This document shows positions 49,180-59,158 of a stretch of DNA of 64,000 bases, in pieces (the first letter of the stretch is position 1; each line of letters starts with the position of its first letter). The notes beneath the pieces were generated by a model. The model did not search any database. It worked only from the letters and a program-made list of their open reading frames with translations, and was not told the origin of the DNA. A program made the position numbers and the translations under genes. This DNA is from Rhizaria sp. SCN 62-66 (taxonomy: Eukaryota): positions 1 through 64,000 of the forward strand of contig MEDY01000140.1 in the NCBI GenBank assembly GCA_001724265.1. The letters run 5' to 3'.

Positions 49180-49676
49180 ACGATCTTGTTTGAGCTCAAC
49201 TATTGACTACATAACCAGATTTCCACTTCCCTCCCCGTTGCTTCAGGACGCATACCGCTCCTGAATAACGTAACTGACAACGAAAAAAACATGTCATATG
49301 CCATCGTGACAAAAGAATACACACCGATTGCATACTTTTTTTGCCGTGCTCGTCTCGTTATATCTCGCTATCTTTGAAATTCATGACTTCGTATCCGTTT
49401 GTGGTGAATGGCGCGAAGTCTGGAAGCCAAGAAAGAACCCAATCTTTGTTTGATTCAGTTCGTCACTAGGCATCCGTCAAATCGCATAGCGCGCTGGTTT
49501 CATATCAACGATGTTGTTTATACTTATCACCATTTCATTGTCGTTTTAACTGTGTCTCTGTATCTGTCCTATTTCGTCCCCACAACCTCAGCCCTTAATG
49601 ACCGTTTCTATTGTTGTCTCACCCTCGTTCAACCTCACTGCTCCCGCACTCCCCGCGCCTCACGCCGCTCCCCAGC

Positions 49677-50188
49677 ATGGCGAGCCAGGTGCAGTACAGC
49701 ACGGCGTAGGCCTGGCTGAAGGCACACATTGGCGCGGTGCCTAACACCTCCACAGGCTGGTTCCGCGCGGGCGTGGGCTTCTACAACAAGCGCGAGTACG
49801 CGTTCTCCATCCAGTGCTTCGAGAAGGCCATCGCGCTCGACCCCAAGAACTACAACGCCTACCAAGTCATGAGCCGCGCCTGCATTGCAGTTAATCGTAC
49901 GCTATCTTGCGCAGATCTGCTTCTCCTCTCCTGGTGTCACGAACAGTAGTCTGCTGCACGATATTCGCTCACTCACCCTTCTCTCTTCGTTATTTCCACT
50001 CACTTGTTTTGCTGTCTCTCCGCGCGACAGGCCGCGACCTGGCGATCATCGCGCTCAAAGAAAGTGTGAAGCTGAACAACCCCTCTGACTGGCATCTCTT
50101 GGTCGAGCTCACTGCCCAGGAGGCCGACCTCAAGGCCAAGGGCGACTCGGCCAACGCCGTGCATGTGCCGCAAGAGAACGACGCGTAA
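49677..50188 (+). CDS. Small TPR-repeat protein (~125 aa); exons 49677-49896, 50031-50188; in-frame TAG at 49707
   Basis: WF-AG--FY----Y--SI-CFEKAIALDPKNYNAY is a TPR; the only ATG upstream of the TPR is at 49677, ten codons before a TAG; ends TAA. Confidence 0.8.
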
Positions 50189-50732
50189 TTGCCGTCAAAG
50201 AGTTTCCGGCCCACACCTGACGACATCACAAGCAACGTCGCGCCTACTTCTAGAGACAGCGACGAGTAACCAGGCAGCAGTTGATGCGCAAACAAACAAG
50301 GTGACTGCAAATCACTAGAACTCGACGTGATGTGACAAATATTAACTGACTCGTGGCTCGTGACACAGCTGCAGCTGGGAGTCTGCTGTCCGTTCCACCC
50401 AGTAGCTCGCTTGGTCGGTTATATTGCTCAGTGCGCGTCACTGGCAGGCGTCACACACCGCGTGATGGGCATCGGGCCAGGAAGGATCTGATGTGCAAAA
50501 GCAATGAATGGCTATGTACTGTATCACGATATAATGGCCCCAGTTAGTGTCAAGCAGCGGCTTAGATATGTGACCTTTAGCGGCAGATAGTTCGATTTAT
50601 CACCAAAAATTCCTACATTAGTACTTACAACTCATATAACTCAAATAACATTCAAAACTCTACAAATACAAAACAAGACTTCACTCCACCTGCCTAACCC
50701 CAACTTGGCGCAACATCAATCAAACCCTCCCT

Positions 50733-51532
50733 TCACGCCGGCCCTAGACCGCCGCCGAGGCCGCCGTTGTGCTGCGGAGCGAGCGCGGCGCTGTTCGCGG
50801 CGTCGGAGATGGAGATGCGGGATGCGCCAGGGGCCAACGCGCCGGCGACGGCGTCGGCCACCGCGCGCGCCAGCGCCGCCACGGCCGCCGCAGAGTCGCG
50901 CGAGTTGCTGTGACCATGTGACAAGAAACAAGAGACAACGCCAGAGAACAAGAGGCAAAAGACGAGAGAGGTTGAATAAGATGTGCGAGTGAGTTCGTGT
51001 GAAAAACTCGAGTTGCGGTCGATGATCGTTGACAAATCAGTCGTGATACCATGCAAACAACAATGAAATCAGATGCAGTCCATTTTGTCTGAAATGGCAT
51101 CAGAACTTCGTTCGATACAAGAACGTACCAGACGACGACGATCGCGGCGACGACGACGGCGGCCATGGCAGTCACCACGAGACACGCGCACGCGCACGTG
51201 CGCCGCTGCACCGGACTCCACCGCGCCAGCGCAAGCCCCACGGCCGCGCCGGCCTCCGCCGCGGCCTCGCCCGCAGACAGCGTCGCATAGCCCCCATCAT
51301 CAGCGCCAGCACGAGTGTGGTTAGAGCTTTTGACGCCTTTGTAGCGATAGTCGCTCACGCTGCTGCTGTTGCTGCTGCTGATGTAGCCCAGACTGCCGCT
51401 CTCACTGTCTCGCTCGCTGTGCCCGCGCTCACTGTGGTGGCCACCGTCGCTGTGGAGCTCGCCACGGTCACTCTGCCCACGGTCACTCTGCCCACGGTCA
51501 CTGTGGCGACTGAAGCTGCTGTGGAGAGACAA

Positions 51533-51564
<32 letters not shown>

Positions 51565-51665
51565 GGGTGCTGAAGCCGTCGCTGTCGTCCTGATATCGCC
51601 TGCTCCCACAGCCTTGGCCGACATAGTTCTTGCTGGCAGTCTTGGCCGCACTCGCCACCGCGTCT

Positions 51666-51700
<35 letters not shown>

Positions 51701-52739
51701 GGAGCTGATGCTGATGTGGTCGTCGCCGAGCGACTGTGAGCGGCCAAGGCGGCTTGAGTTCACGCCGCCGATCGCCACATCACCGTTCCGCCCCCCGGCC
51801 CCGGCCCCGCTACCCTCCGCCGCAGACGGCAACGCACCGTCGCCGCAGCAGACGCAGCAAGCGCGGAGAGCGCGGAGAGCGCGGGCAAGAAGCAGGTACA
51901 GGGACAGCAGCACAGCGGTTACGGCAGCGCCCAGAGCGGCGAGGGCGGCCGCCGCGGCCGCGAGGCAGTGCGCAGTGCAGAAGAACACGGCGTCCAGACA
52001 CGCGTCGCAGCATGACATGGCGCAGGCGTCGCCGGAGGCCGAGTCTGAAGCCGAGGCGGAGAAGCGCGGGCCGTCGGGGCCAGGCATCGAGGACAGAAAC
52101 GAGTTCCACGACGAGCTATGTTAAGGCAGTATAAATACACGAATACAAAGCACTTTCAGAATATAAATATGATTTTATACATGGAATTACAGTTACATAT
52201 GTAAAACTCAAATACTATTACAGTGAGCCTTTGCTAAGATCGATTAATGTGCATAGATATCAAATTGTTTGCTTGTCGTACCCTTTGGCGGCGGCCTTGG
52301 CGAGGGCGCCGACGCCGACGACTGTGGCGCCTGGGGGCGGCGCCAGCAGCTTGCGCCGGGCCTGGTCAAGCAGGCGGCGCTGCTGCTGCTGGCGTTGGTG
52401 CTGCTGCAGCGACTGCGCCTGCTGCTGCAACACGGTCGGGAGCAGCAACGAGCCGTCAGGCATCGAAGCGACACCTGCTGCTGCTGCTGCTGCTGTTGCT
52501 GCTGTTTGGAGTGCTGAGGACTTGTGTCGCGCTGCGTAGCTGCCGCCGTATGCCTCCACGTGCGTAGGTGCGGCGCGCAGCGGGTCGGTGGAACCTTGCA
52601 CGCGCTGTGCAAAGGCGGGGAGTGCGGACGACGACGGGGGCTGCGGGGCGGTAGAGGAGGCAAAGGGGGCCTCGGATGAGGGCGGGGCCGGTCCCAGGAG
52701 CGGCTGGACCGAGCGGCCAGACGGGCTGAACTGCGACAT
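50733..52739 (-). CDS. Uncharacterised low-complexity membrane protein (~539 aa); exons 52739-52282, 52115-51129, 50907-50733
   Basis: Two GTACG...AG introns join three ORF pieces in frame; two hydrophobic segments flanked by Cys clusters; poly-Q/N/G runs; ends TGA. Confidence 0.7.
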
Positions 52740-53020
52740 GACGTAGTTCACACGCCCAATACCCTAGAAAATATAGCGCATAATGTTGGGAAGGAATGTA
52801 TCATGAGATAATCGTGCAGATAGGGGTCAGACAGGAGCAGGCTTGCAGGAGCGAAATGGGAGGCAACGGATGTGATTGATTTGAAAAAGTGTCTGGTCGT
52901 TGCATCTGTCCGTCAACAGATACACCCGTTTTACCCCGAAGACACCACATAGGTTTGTCTATAATCCCTATTTTATACTCGCTAGAAGCGCCTTTATCAC
53001 ACAAATCCACTTCAAACAAA

Positions 53021-54631
53021 ATGTTGTCGAGCCTCGCGGCCTACGGCAGCAGCGACAGCGAGGCCAGCGACGCCGAGACCGCGCCCACCAAGCACTCACC
53101 TAAGGCCTCTGATGTCGCGGTCGTCTCCGCCGCGTCTAGGCTGACATCTCTGTTTGCGGACGACGCTGACGACGCCGACAGTGCTCCCGCCGGTCCGGTC
53201 GCCGCAACCGCAACGGCTCCCGTCCATCCAGCCACAAACGCAACCACAAACTTGGGCGCTAAGCCCGCAACTGCGGCCACAGTCGCCAAGCCTGCCAGCA
53301 GCACCGGCGGCATTAACTGGGGCGTTCTTTCCGCGCCCTCAGCTGCCGCCACAGCCGCGACCACTGGCGCTGGCATGACCTCTACTAGCTCTGGCTCCTC
53401 TAGCTCTAGCTCTGGCTCTGGCTCTGGCTCTGCTGCTGCGGAGGCTGACGGCGGCGACGGCGGCGCGGACATTGCCCCCAGCATCAAGCGCCCCCGCGTC
53501 ATCACCTCGGCGGCCGCAGCCCCGCTCACAGTCACTCTCGGCGGCCCCTCCGCCTCAGCCACATCCGCATCAGCAGCCGCAACCGCTGCCACCGGCTCAG
53601 CAACAGCAGCGACAGGCAGCAGTGGCAGCGCGATGTTGCTGCAACGCTCGCGCGCACTGATGGCGGGCTTTTCTTCCACAGCCGGTGCCGCCGCCGCCGG
53701 CCCCGCGCCCGCGCCTGCTGCTGCTGCGGCGGCGGTGACAGCAGCATCGACCGACTCGAGCTCGAGCTCTGCTGCAGAGACACCTGCGCCTGCTCCTGGA
53801 GCTGCGGACGCTGCTCCTGCGCTGAACAGCACCGCCGCGGCGCTGGCGATGATGCGCCGGTACGCGGCCGCGAGCGCCACGGCCGACGCTGAGGCCGCGG
53901 CCGCGGTCGCCGCGGCGGCGCAGGCGGACGCCGCCGCAGCCAAGGCGGCTACAGAGGCGGCAGCGATCGCAATCTGGGCCGCCACTGAGACCAAGGCCAA
54001 GGCCGACGCAGAAGCCAAGGCCAAGGCTGCGGCAGCTGTTGTCACCGCTGAGACTGACGCTGGTGCCGCTGTTGATGTTGCAGCCAGCACCGGCAGCGAC
54101 ACGCAATCGAGCCCTGCCGCGCCCGCCTCAACTGCGAACTCCACCTCGACTGCAAACTCCGCCTTAGCTGTTGCGACTGCCAAGGCGCCGGCCCCCGGCA
54201 GTCTGGCCGCGTTGGCGGCTCGCGACCGCACTTTGCGCCGCGAGCTCCTCGCCGCCGGCCTCCTCAACACACAGAGCGACGGCACCGGCGACACCTGTGA
54301 CGACTACGAAGATGCTGACTCAGCCAAGCCATCCCGCCGCGGCGCGACCGTGGTGAGCGTGTCGCAGGCCTCGCTGACCGCGCTCTCGCGCGAGGAGCGG
54401 CTGCGCGCCGAGGTCGAGGCGCAGGTCCGCGCGCAGCACGCTGCACAGACCCGCGCCGTGACCGGCATGACGCGCTGGGACGCCGCGCTCGGTCGCGAGG
54501 TCACTGTCGAGTCAGCTACAGGCGGCGGGGCCGGCGATAGGGCCGCCAAGAGCCGGATCGGCGTGCTCGCGGAGCAGGCAATCAAGACGGAGCTCGCAAT
54601 CGCGCTCAAGAAGGCCGTGGGGCGTCGATGA
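53021..54631 (+). CDS. Ala/Ser-rich protein, possibly PRCC-like
   Basis: N-terminal LSSLAAYGSSDSE and C-terminal KSRIGVLAEQAIKTEL resemble the PRCC termini; the rest is low complexity; ends TGA. Confidence 0.55.
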   Translation: MLSSLAAYGSSDSEASDAETAPTKHSPKASDVAVVSAASRLTSLFADDADDADSAPAGPVAATATAPVHPATNATTNLGAKPATAATVAKPASSTGGINWGVLSAPSAAATAATTGAGMTSTSSGSSSSSSGSGSGSAAAEADGGDGGADIAPSIKRPRVITSAAAAPLTVTLGGPSASATSASAAATAATGSATAATGSSGSAMLLQRSRALMAGFSSTAGAAAAGPAPAPAAAAAAVTAASTDSSSSSAAETPAPAPGAADAAPALNSTAAALAMMRRYAAASATADAEAAAAVAAAAQADAAAAKAATEAAAIAIWAATETKAKADAEAKAKAAAAVVTAETDAGAAVDVAASTGSDTQSSPAAPASTANSTSTANSALAVATAKAPAPGSLAALAARDRTLRRELLAAGLLNTQSDGTGDTCDDYEDADSAKPSRRGATVVSVSQASLTALSREERLRAEVEAQVRAQHAAQTRAVTGMTRWDAALGREVTVESATGGGAGDRAAKSRIGVLAEQAIKTELAIALKKAVGRR

Positions 54632-54998
54632 CCTGTTCAAAGTACGAATGGTAAGCTTATTGCTCTATGTTTGGTCCGTTCTTGACTCCTGGCCCAGAGG
54701 CATACAGTTAAGATTTGTTGCAATTGTGCAAGAAACATAACATACACAGTGAATTTCTAACTACGTACGCTTATTGATCATAAGCTCATGAAACGAACTC
54801 GCTATATGTGTGGTGTCGTTTACAGGTTATGACACCGCATGGCGCATGAAATGTAATCAACATCTGTACGACGTAAAATCAGTTGTATTGTGTACAAATT
54901 AATAACTTGACATATTTCGACACTCATACATTCATTGAATCAAACCTCTCTCGCAATCACTTCGCAACGGCTGACTTAAGCTGAGTAATGCTAACTGC

Positions 54999-55622
54999 TT
55001 AGACGAGGGAGACGTTGTTGGTCCAGAACTCGACGGACTTGTTGTAGGCGTCGCGGTCGAGCGGGATGCCGGAGCCGCCGTGCTCGGTGCCCAGTGCGTT
55101 GCGGAGCATCGTGATAGGCTGCATGGGCGTCTCGAAGCCGTCGTTCTGGGCCTTGACGGAGACGATGCCCCACTCGGCCGTGTCGGTGCTCTCGGTGCCC
55201 ATCGACGCGTTCTCGATCTTGATCTGCTCGCGCGAGTAGAGGATCAGGTCCAGGTAACCCGCGGGCGCCACGGAGGGCAGTGAGGCAAGCGGGACAAAGC
55301 GGTTGAGCACGGGGAGCTCCTTGTCAGTGCGCGCGGCGTAAGACGTCTTGACCAGGGGCTCGACCTCAGGGGTGAGAGCAACGTAGCACGGCTTCGTCTG
55401 GGTGAAGTTGGGGACGAAGATGTGCTTGCAGAAGGGCGCGTAGCCGTCGACGAGTACCTCGGCACCCTTGGCCTGCTGTGCGGCAACGTACTCAAGGCAC
55501 TTGGCCAGGAAGGCGTCCTTGTCGTAGTCAATGGTGCCAGACGAGGCGTCGCCGGAGCCGGCGCCGAACTGGCGCATGCAGAAGGCGTCGATGCACAGGA
55601 AAGCGGGCTTATCGGAAGACAT
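54999..55622 (-). CDS. DUF3228 family protein (alternative upstream in-frame ATGs at 55649 and 55814)
   Basis: LVDGYAPFCKHIFVPNFT, Y-AR--KELPVL-R, YLDLILYSREQI, PM-PITM-RNALG---GGSG-PLDR-AY--SV-FW; ends TAA. Confidence 0.88.
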   Translation of the reverse strand: MSSDKPAFLCIDAFCMRQFGAGSGDASSGTIDYDKDAFLAKCLEYVAAQQAKGAEVLVDGYAPFCKHIFVPNFTQTKPCYVALTPEVEPLVKTSYAARTDKELPVLNRFVPLASLPSVAPAGYLDLILYSREQIKIENASMGTESTDTAEWGIVSVKAQNDGFETPMQPITMLRNALGTEHGGSGIPLDRDAYNKSVEFWTNNVSLV

Positions 55623-56517
55623 CGCAGAGCGAGGTGTCGAGCTAAGCATGCGTCCAACGTGCAGTTGAGATTTCGGCGTCAGATGCGATGATGGCGATGG
55701 GAAACGGGGGTACAGAGAAACAGCAAGGCTTTGGTGTGAGCTGAAGCGCGCTATCGTCACAAGCAAGGGGGTGGAGGCCACACGCGAGCTCTCTTTCAGC
55801 CGCGACAGCAGCATACCAGCCGTGTTCTCAGTACCAATGTTGGGACGATCACAGACAAGTGTGCTCAGAGACAGTAGCTACTGTGCGGCGCTGGATCCAG
55901 AGAGGGCGAGATGCGTTAAGAGGCCAAGCACGTGATTTGCAGATCGGTCGAAACAGAGATATAGATTAAGTGCAACACCAGATTTAAAAACAAAATATAA
56001 TTTCTGAGGCAGTTTCATTCTGATCAAATGACACCGTCGAGTTTCAACAGATTTTTCCTCATCATCTATGCCTCGCAAGATCGACTGCGAATCTTCTGCT
56101 GGTCGCTTGCCAGTCCCCACACTCGACCACAAACGCTTATCAATCATTTGGATAAATGACATTCGTGCATGCTTATACTTGCCTTGTGGCGAAAGAATCT
56201 ACTCTGAACAATAAAATATGGCTTACTTTGCTGTATGGCTTATTTTCTTGTCCCTCGCGAAGCGTTCGGGAAGAAATTGCGCATTAAAAGGCCGACAAGT
56301 ACTCACCAGTCACTGGTCACCATACGACTTCGAGCAAAAATGTGTAACCGGTTTTGCAAAAATGTATTAAAAGATTGGCCTGTTCGTAATCAAGCATCAC
56401 TCGAACAGAAACAACTCTGGCCCTCGTTGTCGTATCAATCTGATTCCCAGAAATCTTTCACACACAATATCCAAGACGTTGCTCGCACAGCGACGCGCAC
56501 TCACGCAGGTGTTCATT

Positions 56518-58674
56518 TCATGTCGAAGGACGCTTGACCTGGAAAGCCACAGAACCATCACCCTCGCTGCCGTCCAGCTGATCCTGCTCCTGTAGCGGCT
56601 CATTTTGCTCGCGCTCGTCCTAATCATTCTCATCATCCGCATCCGCGCTCGCAGCCACGTCAGCCGCAGCCCCCGGCGCGGCCCTCTTGACACCGCCCTT
56701 AGAGCACGCCGCGGCCGCCGCGACAAGCACCTTCTGCAGCGCCTCTTTGCGCGCAACGGCGGCGTCAACTGCGCCGCGGAGCTCGTCGCACTCGCGCAGC
56801 TCCTGGCGCGCGCGCTCGTGCATGCCCGTGAGCAGCGCAAACAGCTGCTGCGCGCCGCCCATGACGCGCAGGAAGCCCTCGAGCTTGGAGCCTGACTCGA
56901 CGACCGACTGCACAAAGGCCTTGTTGGGCAGCTGTCGGGCGTCAGAGGCGAAGTTGAGCGTCGTCACCGTCTCCTGAGCGTTGCTGGGCGAGGGCGAGAT
57001 GTTGGCGATGAGGCAGAGCTTGCTGTTGCCGCCGATGAGCCCGCGCAGCAGCAGTGTAAGCTTCGAGTTGCGGTACGACTTGTACTGTTGGTTCTGCACC
57101 AGTGAGCGCAGCATCGAACCCAGCTCAGACAGAGACTTGTTGATGTTCGACGCCTCATTGAGCTGCGAGCCGCCCGACGCGCCCGTGGTCTTGGCGCACT
57201 CGGAGCCGGCCAGATCCACAAGCGTGAGCTTCGACGTCGTCGCCACAGTGCCCAGGTCCGTCACGCGGCGCGCAGTGATAGTCACGGTAAAAAACGAGTG
57301 CGAGCGCGATGACTTGGCGTTCATGAGCGTCGCGCCGCTGTGCCGGTTCGCGTTGCCCGCGCGCAAGTGCGCTAGTGCGTCCTCGGCGGACGTGATCACG
57401 TGCTCCACCAAGTTCACCGGCTCGCCGTTCATGATGCGCACTTCGGTGTTCTCGACAGGGCCGGGGCCCGTGGACACGGCGGGCGGCGCCAGCAGGTCGA
57501 ACACCTTGATGTTGTAGATCTCCAGGAATGAGCAACGGCACTCGACGATTGCGCCCTCGCTCGCCTGCTGCGCGCGGATCTTACTGAACAGGTCGGCCAG
57601 TACACGCGGGATCAGACCGCGCTGGTCGCTGCTGTCATAAAAGCCAGACTGTGCGTACGCCTGCGCCTGCGCCTGTGCGCTGGGGGCGTCGAGCGTCGGG
57701 CCCATCATCGTGAACGTCTTGCCCGAGCCCGTCTGCCCGTAGACAAGAATGGTCCCGTTGAAGCCGGCGAGACAGGAGTCGACGACTGGACGGCCCGCGT
57801 GCTCGTACACAGCGCCCTGCGTCGTGGCCTGGTCGAGCACAGAGTCGAAGTTGAACTGCCGCGGCGGCGCGCCGGGCTGCTGCACGACGACGGAGCCGTG
57901 GCCGTCAAACTTGAGAAAGCCGTCGCCCTCGGCCGCCGAGCCCAGCGCGCGCGTCTCGTTCATGTTGGCCGGGCGCACGCGCACGAGCACGGAGACGCTG
58001 TTGTTGGCCAGCGCGGCCGCGGCGGCGGCGGCAGAGGCGGACACCGCGGCGCTGCTGTTGTTCGCGGAGGCGGCGCTGGATAACAGCGCGGGTGCGGAGG
58101 CAACGAGGGACTGCGCGCCCAGGGCCGCGGCGGAGACTGGGAGAGGCGCGGACGCAGAGGTCGGCGTCGGAGTGCCAGCCGCAGCGGCCGCCGCGGCGGC
58201 CGGGTCGCTGGCAGACATGGTGCCGGAGCTGGTGCTGTTCAGCGAAAGCGAAACGTGCGGGTTCGAGCCGCTACGCGCGCGCATGCCGGGAATCAGGCCG
58301 GACGTCTTGCCGCCCTGTGATGCGGAAGCGGAGGCAGAGGCAGCGGATGCACCAACAGCGGCGGCGGACGGGGCGGAGGACATGGCAGTGCCGGCGACGG
58401 AGCTGGGAGCAGTGCTAGGACGCATGTTCTCGGGCGCCATAACGGCGGCAAGCACAGCGGACTCACGCTCGGTCAAAGAACGCGCAGGGGCGCGAGGAGA
58501 CTTGAGCAAGTTGTTGAACGGGTTGCCGCCAGAGGGAGCGCCCGAAGCAGCGGCCGCGGCCGCGAGGGCGAGCGCCGCACCTGATGGACGCGCGCTATAA
58601 GCGTTATTGGAAGACGTGGAGGATCCCACGGCGCCAAGAATCGAGTCCTTGCGCTGCTTCGCCGAGTGTTGCAT
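56518..58674 (-). CDS. Kinesin motor protein with long low-complexity N-terminus and short tail; in-frame TAG at 56620, probable true stop TGA at 56518
   Basis: V-VRVRP, F-FD-V, GFNGTILVYGQTGSGKT, N-KSSRSH, LVDLAGSE, NINKSLS-LG, YRNSKLT-LL, GGNSK, IANISP, ET-TTL-FA. Confidence 0.9.
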
Positions 58675-59158
58675 CCGGAACAACAGACACCAGAGAGAAC
58701 GAGGTCACAAACAACTCGCAATGGAGCGGCACGAGGTGGTGGGGACTGTGCAGAAGGAAACATGTTTCGTTTAGAAATCGATTAAAAGAAGATATGAGAA
58801 ATAGTGAATAGTTAGATAATTGATCGTGAAAATAGAATATATGGCGTTCATTAAGTTTCACTGAATGACCATAGAGCAGTGTGTGAAATAAAATGACTCG
58901 TGTCTGGGCGAGATAGCCGTTGGCGTTTCGAGGCTGACAATCGGATCCAACGGCTAGATCAACGGCGGTTTGTTGTATAAGGATAGACGTATATTCTATA
59001 AATTAAATTAAGCGATAGTCAAATGAATAGACTACTAATGTGTTGCTCCCTATACTCAGTAAATTATGCACATTGAAAACGTTCGTTTATATGCTGAAAC
59101 TCACCCTCTATCACACACTCTGTTGTCGCACGCACTATCCGCTCTTAGAAGTCGCCCC

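Noticed and set aside
55815-56162. Further upstream extension of DUF3228 through a TAG at 55878
   Set aside because: In frame, but AT-rich with codon usage unlike genes here; likely a chance open frame, so not counted as code evidence
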